A DNA stretch of 64,000 nucleotides. Source: an uncultured Candidatus Saccharibacteria bacterium. Lineage in GTDB: Bacteria; Patescibacteriota; Minisyncoccia; Phycocordibacterales; UBA6899. The stretch's first letter is position 1. Each line of letters starts with the position of its first letter. The position numbers and the translations under genes were made by a program. Positions 40,339 to 50,429 of this stretch are shown here, piece by piece. Below the pieces are notes generated by a model that was given only the letters and a program-made list of their open reading frames with translations, did no database searches and was not told the origin of the DNA. The stretch spans positions 235,976 through 299,975 of the forward strand of contig CAYXYK010000001.1 in the NCBI GenBank assembly GCA_964469335.1, in the 5' to 3' direction.

Positions 40339-40857
40339 GGTTGCTCTCCATATAAAGTGAAAGGACAACAAAGGGCACTTTGCCGCTTTGCCAGGGGAAA
40401 CATTTCCTGGGATTTGTCGGACATTCTCTCCGACAAATCCCAATAAACATTCACCGGAAACAAAAACACACCGGGCTGCGGTGGTTCATTTTCTTTCTTC
40501 CGTTCTATCGATCTCGATTATCTGGAAGCAACCATCCGCGCCCTTATTGAAGGGATAATAAAGATAATAAACATCGCCCAGCTCTTTATTACGCTTTTGC
40601 GTTGCATATATCCAAACTAGCAAAGATGGATATTGTCGTCAAACTGAATTCCTTGACACTATCCTCGCGGTCATTACACTGAATATATATGCAGAATATG
40701 AACGGACTTCTCCTTCAGCTCGCACTCCTTCTTAGGTCTCCTTTGAGGGCTGATGTGTGTTGAAGAAGAAATCCGTATTCTCCACCACAAACCAGTCCTC
40801 AAAGGACTGGTTTGTTCTTTCCAGGTGTTCATTGTTCAACTCACGAGGAGTAGTCCC

Positions 40858-41176
40858 CATGCTCGATACTGCTACCCAAGAAACCCCGGCATCCGTCAGC
40901 GACGATGAGGCAGCGAAGATCGCCAAACTCTTTGATCAGTGGAAAGCAGGACGCTCAAGAGCCCGTGCGAAGCGGTTCCGACCGGTCGGACTCCTGACTT
41001 CGGGAAGGTTCGTCTTCCTACATCTCGAGCGCATGAAGCGCGGCGTTGCCATTCCCAAACTCGTGGCACAGGCTGAGCTGCACATCGTCACGTTCCGTGA
41101 CCCTGCGAATAAGTCGGCGATCAGCACTGCGATCAACTCTGCACGCAGCGTTGCCTATGAAAAGTTGCGCACCTGA
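40858..41176 (+). CDS. hypothetical protein
   Basis: start trimmed to MLDTATQETP; upstream 12-bp-stem hairpin + T-run at ~40797-40830. Confidence 0.4.
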
Positions 41177-41277
41177 CCCCTCCGGACGTTCTCCACTCGG
41201 CCCCATGCACTGCATGGGGCTTTCCTTTTTCCGTTATGCACAGTTCCACTTCTCCCGATGTTTGTTATAGTCAAAAC

Positions 41278-42084
41278 ATGTGCAGATTACTCATGGCCTA
41301 TATTCCTGACAGTGATACCGATAGGGCTGAAGTGCTGCGTGCTTTTCTCCGTCTCGCGCGTGACGGGCAAGTCCCGCTCAGCGGACAGAAGAAGGGGCAC
41401 CATGACGGGTGGGGACTTTCTCTGTATGCGAGGGGCGGATTACTGCGTCATTTCCGCTCGAAGGCATGTGGAGCCGAAGACCCTCAGCGTGAGAATGAAT
41501 TCTTCCAGGTCTCAGTGCATAAGCCTGATACCATGCTTGCGCATATCCGCATACAGACGGTCGGAGAGCCATCGGAGAAGAACAGTCATCCGTTTGTTTC
41601 GGGGCGATTCAGCTTCATCCACAACGGTACACTTGGGAGTACAGATCAACTCATTTTCGATCCTGTGCGTGGGCAAGTGTTCGGCGAGACCGACTCGGAG
41701 TATTATTTCCACCTGATCATCCGCGACCTAGACGCGTCAGAAGAACACGATAAAGAAAAAGTCTCGGACGCGATCATCCGTACAGTACATGCGCTCCGGA
41801 TCGATACTGCGCATGAAGGAGGGCATTTCACCTCAGCGTCATCGATCCTCACTGACGGCAGGTATGCCTACGTACTGCGTGAGTTCGACGAACAGCATCC
41901 CTTCGTACAAAAGAACAATTCTGCCGGGTATTACACGCTCTATCTCGGACAAGGTCCCCGCGATGAACGGATCGTCTGCTCGGAAGAGCTGCATATTCCC
42001 GAAGTGAAATGGGAGCTCCTCCCGAATCATAGTTTGACCGTGGTGGACCTTGCGACCGGAGCATTCGAAACCAAGCCGGTTTGA
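41278..42084 (+). CDS. class II (Ntn, Cys-1) glutamine amidotransferase-like stand-alone protein (YafJ/EgtC-like)
   Basis: translation begins MCRLLMAYIP (Cys immediately after Met) and has a GWG motif further in; start ATG 41278 then TGC. Confidence 0.7.
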   Translation: MCRLLMAYIPDSDTDRAEVLRAFLRLARDGQVPLSGQKKGHHDGWGLSLYARGGLLRHFRSKACGAEDPQRENEFFQVSVHKPDTMLAHIRIQTVGEPSEKNSHPFVSGRFSFIHNGTLGSTDQLIFDPVRGQVFGETDSEYYFHLIIRDLDASEEHDKEKVSDAIIRTVHALRIDTAHEGGHFTSASSILTDGRYAYVLREFDEQHPFVQKNNSAGYYTLYLGQGPRDERIVCSEELHIPEVKWELLPNHSLTVVDLATGAFETKPV

Positions 42085-42115
42085 CCGATTCTCCGCTCTC
42101 GCTATACTGAACGCT

Positions 42116-42358
42116 ATGAATCCTGAACAAACACCAAAGACAGCGGATCAGCTCCTTGCCGAGCGAGATAATATCGTAAGTGCCATCGAAGAGAAAAGAA
42201 AAGGCAGACAGGCGATGCTCGACGCGAACATGGAAGTCGAACCCGAAGAAGACGATATGGATATGCAGGACCTCCTTGCGAACCTTGCTGAGATAAATGT
42301 CGCTCTTGCAGAGCTCTCAGGTAATCAGGACGATCAGCCTCGCTTGGACGGAATATAA
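42116..42358 (+). CDS. small acidic hypothetical protein (~80 aa)
   Basis: start trimmed to MNPEQTPK; very acidic (EVEPEEDDMDMQDLL). Confidence 0.4.
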   Translation: MNPEQTPKTADQLLAERDNIVSAIEEKRKGRQAMLDANMEVEPEEDDMDMQDLLANLAEINVALAELSGNQDDQPRLDGI

Positions 42359-42405
42359 ACAGTCAGCACAAGGCGCCCTCATGGCGCTTTTGTTATACTA
42401 CAAGA

Positions 42406-42888
42406 ATGTACGATGACTATGACGAAGAAGAAGGTGAGATAGGCCTCGACCAGGAAGCGGTCGCTTATGAAACAAAAGGCAAGGAAGACCGCGCCTTTGT
42501 CGACCAGCAGTCAAAAGAATATGACGAGCAAAAAAGACGCCAGCGTGACGAGATCACGAAACTGAAGAATACTCGTCTTGCTGCGCAGTCCAAGCTCTCC
42601 CACAAGGAACGTGAGCTCGCTGCGCTCGAATTGGTGCTACGTAAGGATGAGTACCTCGAGACGCGTGAGCGGGTAAAGAGTGAGCATGAGACGGCGATGC
42701 ACGAAGAAGCGTTCACTCGTGAGGAGAAAGCAGATGTCGAAGTCGAAGAGATATCGCGAGTTTCGGACAAACAAGCTCGGGAGATCGAACATGAGGCGCT
42801 AAAAAAGGAATGTGCGGTACTTAAGGCACACGTCGACGAGATCTCTCGCCAGATATCGCTTTTAGAGTACGCGCTAATACGTTCATAA
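42406..42888 (+). CDS. coiled-coil protein (charged, heptad-like)
   Basis: ORF track; long K/E/R-rich helical sequence. Confidence 0.5.
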   Translation: MYDDYDEEEGEIGLDQEAVAYETKGKEDRAFVDQQSKEYDEQKRRQRDEITKLKNTRLAAQSKLSHKERELAALELVLRKDEYLETRERVKSEHETAMHEEAFTREEKADVEVEEISRVSDKQAREIEHEALKKECAVLKAHVDEISRQISLLEYALIRS

Positions 42889-42930
42889 CGTCAGCGAAAG
42901 AGATTTCTCGATTATCATCACATCATCACC

Positions 42931-43617
42931 ATGCCACCGGAACAAACAGGAAACAGCAGAGAAGCAGCGATCCGTGCTCAGCAGCAGGCTGCTGCGGACC
43001 GCATCCATCAGCAACAACTCAAAGAGCAATTAGAAAATCGTCTACGCATCAGAAAAGGCTCGAAACTCGACAAAGAGCGACTCATCCATGATATCGATCG
43101 CGATGTCGTCTCACTCGGGAGCGAGCTGCACCATATCGATATGGAGGAAAAGCGACTCACGGAGGAGGTGCGCAAGATGACTCAAGAGATCAAACAGGAG
43201 ACAGGAGAGAAAAAAAATCTCGACATGGGACTCCGTGATACGTCCCAGTCACTCTCCCGCAAGGAGGAAGAGATGCGACGGCTTGATCGGGAGATCGAGG
43301 GTCTCAAACATCAGATCGAGGAAAAACAACGGGAGATCGCGGCGATAAAGGAAGAGACTCGTCATCTCGCTCGTGATAAAGAGGAATTCCGCCGAGGAGG
43401 TGAACTCGAACATTTCACCGTGAAGAGTGAAGAAGGAAGGCTACATGAAGTACAGGTGAAACTGCAACTTTTGACCCAGGAAAAACTGCGCAAAGAGAAC
43501 GAACTCAAGCGCAAGGAAGATCAGCAAAAAGTGATCCACCGTGAGATCAATTTCATGGACCAGGAGATCTCCCAGCTTGAGGTCGAACTCCAGCGCGTGC
43601 GCCGCCCTGGGGCTTAG
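42931..43617 (+). CDS. coiled-coil protein
   Basis: ORF track; repetitive E/K/R/Q heptads; terminator hairpin 43758-43786 downstream. Confidence 0.5.
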   Translation: MPPEQTGNSREAAIRAQQQAAADRIHQQQLKEQLENRLRIRKGSKLDKERLIHDIDRDVVSLGSELHHIDMEEKRLTEEVRKMTQEIKQETGEKKNLDMGLRDTSQSLSRKEEEMRRLDREIEGLKHQIEEKQREIAAIKEETRHLARDKEEFRRGGELEHFTVKSEEGRLHEVQVKLQLLTQEKLRKENELKRKEDQQKVIHREINFMDQEISQLEVELQRVRRPGA

Positions 43618-43816
43618 TCTTGCAAAATATTCCCGCTTTGTTAGACTCAAAATGTACATGACAACGAGAAATACATTTTTTACGTTCTATTTCTTTACAA
43701 CTCCCGCTCGGGGGCTGATCTGTGCTTAAGAATAGACCGTTCATTCTCAAGTAGATATCAACCCCCGAAAGGGGGTTGGGTGTTTTTCATGAAGTTCTTT
43801 CAACAATCGGAGGTAT

Positions 43817-44167
43817 GTGATGAAGACAGAAATCGATACGAAGCACTACACGGAGCAGCTCTCGATCGCACAGATGGCCGACACGGAAGGCCAGTGGGCA
43901 GTGCAGCGTTTCCTTGGGCACGATTTCGTTGCGATGAGGGCAGCCCCGCAGGGTCGGGGAGGCTATCTCGTCGAAGGACTCGACGGGCGTAGCTATCAGA
44001 AGTTTCGTATGACGAAACAGCTGGGCGCTTACATCGCGTCATTTGCCGTCGAACAAGAAGCAGGCGATTACATCCGCACGGTCGCACCGCTCGTGAGCGA
44101 TCGCAAGACGCTGGTGTTCGTTCCGGTCGACGGCGGCCAGATCCGCGTCTACCACTATCACGAATGA
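43817..44167 (+). CDS. hypothetical protein
   Basis: ORF track; terminator CACCCCG-CTTTGT-CGGGGTG + T-run at 44176-44205. Confidence 0.45.
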   Translation: MMKTEIDTKHYTEQLSIAQMADTEGQWAVQRFLGHDFVAMRAAPQGRGGYLVEGLDGRSYQKFRMTKQLGAYIASFAVEQEAGDYIRTVAPLVSDRKTLVFVPVDGGQIRVYHYHE

Positions 44168-44249
44168 ATGTTCACCCCGCTTTGTCGGGGTGTTCTTTTT
44201 TATAAAAAAAAGAGGCCCCGCAGGGCACTCCGTGGCTCAGTTGAGCCGT

Positions 44250-44526
44250 CTAGCGAATCGAACGACGGTATTCCGAGCCGCCGGGCATGTGGGCAACGAT
44301 CGACTGGTACGCGTCCCAGAAGGCTTTGAGCACCATTTCGGGTGCGAGCATGCAGAACGCGACCACAAGGAAAGAGAGCGGCAACGCGTAGATCACATGT
44401 TCGTGGTTGAGCACGAAGAAGCCGAGAAAGATCATCAGGCAGGTGATCACGCAGCCGGTCCACTTGGCCTCGGACATTCGCCGCCGCAACGCCTCTTCAG
44501 GGCTATCCGTCGATTGTTTTGTACGC
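44250..44526 (-). CDS. small hypothetical membrane protein
   Basis: start trimmed to MRTKQST; two hydrophobic helices. Confidence 0.35.
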
Positions 44527-44933
44527 ATCAAAGAACTCCAAAAGTGAGGAAGTTTCCATAATGCTACTATTCCCACAATTAATCAAGAAAATAGCTTAAC
44601 AAAGCCATAATAGAACAATGCAATCAATTAATGTCAAATATTTGGGAGATTATAGGGCTAATTTTGAGTAGAAAGTTCTTTGCTTCACAATATGCTGTGG
44701 AAAAGCCTGTGGATAGACTGTGAGTAAAGGACATCTGGGAATACCCTAAAACATTGACGGTTAAGCCATATCTGGTATTCTTTCATGACGTTGCATTTTG
44801 TGAGTTTTTTAACCGTTTTGGGCTCGCCCATGCGGATGGAGGAAAACAAACGATACGCACGTGGAGTAATGTAATGAGCCCTTCGCCCATTACCTCTTAT
44901 TTTTTGTCGGTTTAATAAAATAATTTAAAAACT

Positions 44934-46133
44934 ATGGCAGAAGCTCAAGTTTTTGATCGTTCAAAGCCGCATGTGAACGTCGGTACCATTGGTCACGTTG
45001 ACCACGGGAAGACCACGCTCACCGCTGCGATCTTACACGTGCTCCACATGGCTGGTAACAATGTGAAGATGAAGGGTGTCAATGAAATCGACTCCGCTCC
45101 TGAGGAGCGCGAGCGCGGTATCACCATCGCTCTCTCTCACAATGAGTACGAGACCAAGACTCGTCACTACGCGCACATCGATGCGCCTGGTCACGCAGAC
45201 TATATTAAGAACATGATCACCGGTGCCGCTCAGATGGACGGTGCGATCATCGTTGTAGCCGCAACTGACGGTGTGATGCCGCAGACTCGCGAGCACATCC
45301 TTCTTGCAAAGCAGGTCGGTGTTCCCAAGATCATCGTGTTCCTCAACAAGGTAGACATGGTCGATGACCAGGACCTCGTTGAGCTCGTTGAAGAGGAAGT
45401 TCGTGAACTCCTCACCAAGCAGGGTTTTGACGGTAAGAACTGCCCGGTCATCCGCGGTTCGGGCCTCAAGGCACTCGAGTCGACTTCGATCGAAGACCCG
45501 TATGCAAAGAAGGTCCTCGAGCTCGCAGACGCACTCGACACCTACATTCCTGTTCCTGTTCGCGATACAGACAAGCCGTTCCTTATGCCGGTCGAGGATA
45601 TCTTCTCGATTGAAGGACGCGGTACTGTCGCGACCGGACGCATCGAGCGCGGTGTATGTAAGGTTGGTCAGGAAGTCGAGATCGTCGGTTTCACAAAGAC
45701 CGCGAAGACTACCATCACCGGCATCGAAATGTTTAACAAGTCACTCCAGGAGGGTATGGCAGGAGACAACGCAGGTATTCTTCTCCGCGGTACCAAGAAG
45801 GAAGACATTACTCGCGGACAGGTGCTCGCAGCAACCGGATCGGTTACTCCGCACACTGACTTCGAGGCTGAGGTCTATATTCTCTCGAAAGAGGAAGGAG
45901 GCCGCCACACACCGTTCTTCTCAGGCTACAAACCGCAATTCTACATCCGCACTACTGACGTCACCGGTGAGGTTACGCTCAAGGAGGGTGTTGAGATGGT
46001 CATGCCGGGTGATACTGTTACCTTCAAGGTAAAGCTCATCGCTCCGGTCGCGCTTGAGGATGCAACCCGCTTCGCGATCCGCGAAGGAGGTCGCACTGTC
46101 GGTGCAGGTGTCGTTACCAAGATCGTCGCCTAG
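44934..46133 (+). CDS. tuf: elongation factor Tu
   Basis: [26 protein letters not shown] motifs; 399 aa. Confidence 0.97.
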   Translation: MAEAQVFDRSKPHVNVGTIGHVDHGKTTLTAAILHVLHMAGNNVKMKGVNEIDSAPEERERGITIALSHNEYETKTRHYAHIDAPGHADYIKNMITGAAQMDGAIIVVAATDGVMPQTREHILLAKQVGVPKIIVFLNKVDMVDDQDLVELVEEEVRELLTKQGFDGKNCPVIRGSGLKALESTSIEDPYAKKVLELADALDTYIPVPVRDTDKPFLMPVEDIFSIEGRGTVATGRIERGVCKVGQEVEIVGFTKTAKTTITGIEMFNKSLQEGMAGDNAGILLRGTKKEDITRGQVLAATGSVTPHTDFEAEVYILSKEEGGRHTPFFSGYKPQFYIRTTDVTGEVTLKEGVEMVMPGDTVTFKVKLIAPVALEDATRFAIREGGRTVGAGVVTKIVA

Positions 46134-46166
46134 TCGCGCGTCCCATTCTTAGAGAACATTGAAGTT

Positions 46167-46526
46167 ATGACCACTACTCCGGAACAGAAAAAGACAACCA
46201 AAGCAGTAAAGGCTGATGGTATCCAGAAGCTCCGCATTCGTGTACGCGCTTATGAGTACAAGATCCTCGACGCATCAGTGCGTCAGATCATGGACACTGC
46301 GCTCCGCTATGATGCGAAAGTCCTTGGACCGATTCCTCTGCCCACGCAGATCACCAAATATACAGTGAACCGCTCGACCTTCATCTACAAGGATGCACGC
46401 GAGCAGTTCGAAATGCGTATTCACAAGCGCCTTATCGATATCGTAAGCCCCACGCCGAAGATCATCGAAGCGCTCACGAACCTTACTCTACCTAGTGGAG
46501 TAAATATCGACGTGAAAATGATGTAA
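46167..46526 (+). CDS. rpsJ: 30S ribosomal protein S10 (with short N-terminal extension)
   Basis: IRIRVRAYEYKILD ... S10 core. Confidence 0.9.
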   Translation: MTTTPEQKKTTKAVKADGIQKLRIRVRAYEYKILDASVRQIMDTALRYDAKVLGPIPLPTQITKYTVNRSTFIYKDAREQFEMRIHKRLIDIVSPTPKIIEALTNLTLPSGVNIDVKMM

Positions 46527-46671
46527 TCGCACACGCGATACATCACCACAAGTTCTCTTTACGTTTTTGCACCATAGGCTACTCATTCCGCAAGATGAGT
46601 GGGCCTTATGTGCATGATGTAGACACTTCATTCCGGAGTGTGTGCGTGACTATCCCAACCCAAACCCAACC

Positions 46672-47292
46672 ATGAAATTCCTATTAGCAACCAAGCAGGA
46701 GATGACGCAGTACTTCGCCGAAGACGGCAAGTGCATCGCGGCAACTCTTCTCTCTGCAGGCCCGATCACCGTGACCGCCCTCCGAACAAAGGAGAAGGAT
46801 GGTTACGAGGCTGTTCAGGTCGGCTTCGGCACTCAACTTCCGAAGCGCGTCAACAAGGCGCAGCAGGGTGCACTCAAGGAGCTCGGTTCCTTCCGCTACA
46901 TGCGCGAATACCGCCCGAAGAGTGGCGCAGTCGACATCAAAGTCGGCGACAAAGTGACCGTCGAGGCATTCGCCCCCGGCGAAGACATCACCGTGACCGG
47001 CACCTCAAAGGGTAAAGGTTTCCAGGGTGTCGTGAAGCGTCACGGTTTCCACGGCGGACCTCGTTCACACGGTCAGAAGCATTCTGAGCGTGAACCAGGA
47101 TCCATCGGTGCGACCGGACCTCAGCGCGTCATCCCCGGTACTCGCATGGCAGGGCGCATGGGCTCCGACACCATTACGGTGAAGGGACTCAAAGTGCTCG
47201 CCGTCGATACTACAAACAATCTTCTTCTCGTGTCGGGAGCGATCCCGGGTCGTCGCGGGACATTGATCGAGATCAAGGCAACTAACGCATAA
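46672..47292 (+). CDS. rplC: 50S ribosomal protein L3
   Basis: start trimmed to MKFLLATKQEMTQ; GKGFQGVVKRHGF motif. Confidence 0.9.
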   Translation: MKFLLATKQEMTQYFAEDGKCIAATLLSAGPITVTALRTKEKDGYEAVQVGFGTQLPKRVNKAQQGALKELGSFRYMREYRPKSGAVDIKVGDKVTVEAFAPGEDITVTGTSKGKGFQGVVKRHGFHGGPRSHGQKHSEREPGSIGATGPQRVIPGTRMAGRMGSDTITVKGLKVLAVDTTNNLLLVSGAIPGRRGTLIEIKATNA

Positions 47293-47296
47293 TTGT

Positions 47297-48016
47297 ATGA
47301 CAACGAAAACTACAACCGCTAAGAAGCCTGTGAATCTTGAAGCAACTGTCTACACGACGGAAGGCAAGAAGTCAGGCTCAGTGACACTTTCAGAGAAAGT
47401 ATTCGGAGCAAAATGGAATGCAGATCTCGTTCACCAGGTGGTGGTCGCGATGCAAGCCAATGCGCGTCAGCCGATCGCGCACACCAAGGACCGTTCAGAG
47501 GTCCGCGGAGGTGGACGCAAACCTTGGGCACAGAAGGGAACCGGCCGTGCTCGTCACGGATCAAGCCGCTCGCCGATCTGGCGTCACGGTGGTATCACCC
47601 ATGGCCCTCGCAACGATCGTGATTTCTCTCAAAAACTCAACCGCAAGCAGAAGGTCGCCGCGCTCTACACCGTACTTTCCAAGAAGTGGAAGGAAGGCGA
47701 GATCCTCTTTGTCTCATCGGTCGCTCTCAAGGCTCCGAAGACCAAAGATGCGCGCACCATGCTCACGAACCTCGGTTCGATCGGTGGATTCGAGAAGCTC
47801 GCAGATCGCCGCAACAATGCAATGTACATGATCCTTCCTTCGGCAGATGCCAATGTGAAGAAGTCATTCCAGAACATGGGAAATGTACTCGTCGGAACAC
47901 TCAGCACACTCAATCCGGTCGATGTGCTGTCATACAAGTATCTCGTTCTTGCTGCTCCTGAGGAGGCCGTGAAGGCACTCGAAGCGAAGAGCGCGAAGAA
48001 AGAAGTCACCGCATAA
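47297..48016 (+). CDS. rplD: 50S ribosomal protein L4
   Basis: GGGRKPWAQKGTGRARHGS motif. Confidence 0.9.
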   Translation: MTTKTTTAKKPVNLEATVYTTEGKKSGSVTLSEKVFGAKWNADLVHQVVVAMQANARQPIAHTKDRSEVRGGGRKPWAQKGTGRARHGSSRSPIWRHGGITHGPRNDRDFSQKLNRKQKVAALYTVLSKKWKEGEILFVSSVALKAPKTKDARTMLTNLGSIGGFEKLADRRNNAMYMILPSADANVKKSFQNMGNVLVGTLSTLNPVDVLSYKYLVLAAPEEAVKALEAKSAKKEVTA

Positions 48017-48020
48017 TCCT

Positions 48021-48428
48021 ATGGCTATATTCAAGAAGACCACTGCGAAAGCAGCGTCAAAACCAAAGACAGAGAAAGTAGCGAAGGATGTCGTGGTCGC
48101 TGAGGTAGTAAAGGAAGTAAAAATCTCGAAGGCAGGCAAAGGCCTCCTCCTCGAGCAGGTGCTCCTCAATCCTCATGTCACCGAGAAGGCGTCAGACCTC
48201 TCCGAAAAGGGAGTATACGCATTCAACGTCAATCTTCGTGCCAACAAGGACCAGGTTACCCGCGCCGTGAAGCACTTTTTCAAAGTGACTCCGGTGAAGG
48301 TCGCCATGATCGTCAACAAGCCGAAGTACTCGCGCAACCCGCGTACCAACCGCGTACAGGTCAAGAAGGCCGCAATCAAGAAGGCACTTGTATACCTTAA
48401 GAAGGGCGATAAGATCGAGTTCGTGTAA
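48021..48428 (+). CDS. rplW: 50S ribosomal protein L23 with ~40-aa Lys/Ala-rich N-terminal extension
   Basis: core LLNPHVTEKASDLSEKGVYAFNV. Confidence 0.9.
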   Translation: MAIFKKTTAKAASKPKTEKVAKDVVVAEVVKEVKISKAGKGLLLEQVLLNPHVTEKASDLSEKGVYAFNVNLRANKDQVTRAVKHFFKVTPVKVAMIVNKPKYSRNPRTNRVQVKKAAIKKALVYLKKGDKIEFV

Positions 48429-48440
48429 ACGAAAAAACAT

Positions 48441-49286
48441 ATGAAATCATTCAAACCGTTAACTCCGTCACTGCGCAACACGATCCTCACACCCTACAAG
48501 CAGCTCCTCTCCGGTGACTCGAAAAAGAAGCCGAAGAATCTGATGAAGGGTCGCTCGTCGACCGGTGGCCGCAACAACCAGGGACGCATCACCATGCGTC
48601 ACATGGGAGGCGGCAACAAGAAAGCACTCCGCGTCGTCGACTTCAAGTTCGACAAGCGCGATGTGCCGGGAACTGTAGAGGCTGTCCAGTATGACCCCTT
48701 GCGCACCGCATTCGTCGCCCTCGTCGTCTACAAGGATGGAGAGCGCCGCTATATGGTCGCACAGAAGGGCATGAAGGCAGGCGACACATTTATCGTCTCT
48801 GAGAAGGCAACCCTTGATAAGTTCAACCGCACACAACTCAAGAAGATTCCGGTCGGTACATTCGTATCGAACGTCGAGGTCCAACCTGAGGGAGGTGCGA
48901 AGCTCGCTCGTGCGGCAGGAAACTTCATCGAAGTGATCGCCAACGACTTGGGTTACTCATTCCTCAAGATGCCGTCGTCAGAGGTCCGCAAGGTCTCCGA
49001 GAACTGCTGGGCAACCATCGGTGAGGTCTCGAACGATCAGCACAAGCTCCGCAACGAAGGTAAGGCAGGCCGCAACCGCTGGAAGGGCATCCGCCCGCAT
49101 GTCCGCGGTTCTGCGATGAACCCTGTAGATCACCCGCACGGAGGTGGTGAAGGTCGCATGGGACGTGGTCTACGCCGCGCCAAGACTAAGTGGGGTAAAC
49201 CTTCAGGCAAGGGCCAGAAGACCCGCTCGCCGAAGAAGTACTCGAACGTACACATTGTGTCGCGTCGCAAGGTCGGGAAGAAGTAA
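48441..49286 (+). CDS. rplB: 50S ribosomal protein L2
   Basis: GGGNKKALRVVDFKFDK, HPHGGGEG motifs; the usual rpsS-rplV-rpsC continuation is absent downstream. Confidence 0.95.
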   Translation: MKSFKPLTPSLRNTILTPYKQLLSGDSKKKPKNLMKGRSSTGGRNNQGRITMRHMGGGNKKALRVVDFKFDKRDVPGTVEAVQYDPLRTAFVALVVYKDGERRYMVAQKGMKAGDTFIVSEKATLDKFNRTQLKKIPVGTFVSNVEVQPEGGAKLARAAGNFIEVIANDLGYSFLKMPSSEVRKVSENCWATIGEVSNDQHKLRNEGKAGRNRWKGIRPHVRGSAMNPVDHPHGGGEGRMGRGLRRAKTKWGKPSGKGQKTRSPKKYSNVHIVSRRKVGKK

Positions 49287-49297
49287 ATTTTCTTACC

Positions 49298-49330
49298 AAA
49301 CAAAAACCGCTGAAAAGCGGTTTTTGTTTT
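49298..49330. terminator. bidirectional terminator directly after rplB
   Basis: AAACAAAAACCGCTGAAAAGCGGTTTTTGTTTT. Confidence 0.65.
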
Positions 49331-49345
49331 GCCGAGAAAAGAAAT

Positions 49346-49981
49346 TTACAACTGCTTCAAGATGAGTGCTTTGAGGGATTCGGGGGAGAGGTCGGAGTGG
49401 GTGATGCGGAGGAGGGGGAAGTGGGCGGAGAGTAGAATGCGTTCGACTTCCTCGTCGCGCTCTGTGCGGTCTTCGCGCTCATGAGTTGCGTCGTCGAGTT
49501 CGATCACAAGTTTCGGATTGACCCAGACTTTGTCGCAGAGGAGGAAGTCGACAGACTTCTGATTGATATGGCGCATCGCAGCATTCCAGTTTTGACCTTT
49601 GATTTTCCAGTCGATGAAGGTGCTGATGTGCACTTGCGGGAAAATGTAATATTGGTCTCCGGCCGCTTGGTTGAGCGCGTTGAATGCATCATGCTCCGCT
49701 TTCGTCATCACGAACTGCTTAGTCTCGTAGGAGTAGAGTGATTTCGCCATCTCTCCGCTGCTGTCGGCATAATTCCAGGCGCCCCAGATGAATTCGATCA
49801 GTGGAACGATAATGACGGTAAAGAAATTGCGTTTGCCGTTCCACAGAGTCTTATAATGCAGATATTTCTTGCGCAGGATCAAGAATAATACCGTTCCGAT
49901 GATCAAGAAGAACGCAAGAGCGCCGAGTAGCACCAGTCCGACGATCTCTAGCGCAGTTGTGACGGCATGTGATATGTCCAT
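49346..49981 (-). CDS. membrane-anchored protein with DUF559/DUF2726-like PD-(D/E)xK (Vsr-fold) nuclease-like domain
   Basis: N-terminal TM (LEIVGLVLLGALAFFLIIGTVLFLIL); motif SVDFLLCDKVWVNPKLVIELDDATHERED resembles the D...(I/V)E(L/V)DG..H signature of these families. Confidence 0.55.
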   Translation of the reverse strand: MDISHAVTTALEIVGLVLLGALAFFLIIGTVLFLILRKKYLHYKTLWNGKRNFFTVIIVPLIEFIWGAWNYADSSGEMAKSLYSYETKQFVMTKAEHDAFNALNQAAGDQYYIFPQVHISTFIDWKIKGQNWNAAMRHINQKSVDFLLCDKVWVNPKLVIELDDATHEREDRTERDEEVERILLSAHFPLLRITHSDLSPESLKALILKQL

Positions 49982-50075
49982 ACGTGAAGCATAGCAAAGG
50001 CGGGGGTTTGTACAAATGTTCGAACCGTTTCAAGGGAACGGTTCGAACGCCGGGTTACTATGCTATGCTTACTCC

Positions 50076-50384
50076 ATGACACACGAAGGGAATGAGGGAG
50101 TTCCGACTGGGAAAGAGGAGGTGATCGAGGCGCTCTTGCGTGACCCAGAGAACCTTGCTCCACTCCATGAGTACATGGCGGCACGAGAGGCTGCGTGCAG
50201 GAATGGGGCGGATAATCTCCGGCTCACGCTTGATCTCCTTGATATCTATATTGCAGGAGGTGAAGCGTTCCGTGATGCGGCATGGGAGACACTTGATGCG
50301 GCGTTCGATCAGGCAGAAGGCGAAGCCGATGACACAATTATGGCTGAGCTCCGCTTGCGACAGGCGAAATTGCAGGGTGAATAA
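50076..50384 (+). CDS. small acidic hypothetical protein
   Basis: ORF track (start uncertain: 50016 or 50076). Confidence 0.35.
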   Translation: MTHEGNEGVPTGKEEVIEALLRDPENLAPLHEYMAAREAACRNGADNLRLTLDLLDIYIAGGEAFRDAAWETLDAAFDQAEGEADDTIMAELRLRQAKLQGE

Positions 50385-50417
50385 AAACGCACCCCGCGAC
50401 GCGATGCGTGCGGGGTG
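50384..50417 (-). terminator. palindromic terminator, copy 1 of a repeated element (AAAACGCACCCCGCGACGCGATGCGTGCGGGGTG)
   Basis: hairpin + T-run on minus strand, follows 3' end of gene 50430-50792. Confidence 0.6.
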
Positions 50418-50429
50418 ATGTTGTGAAAG

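Noticed and set aside
40797-40830. Possible riboswitch or attenuator upstream of 40858
   Set aside because: Only a simple 12-bp hairpin plus weak T-run. No conserved riboswitch-like multi-stem architecture is recognisable.
45230-46032. ORFs of 103 and 222 aa
   Set aside because: Alternate frames inside tuf.
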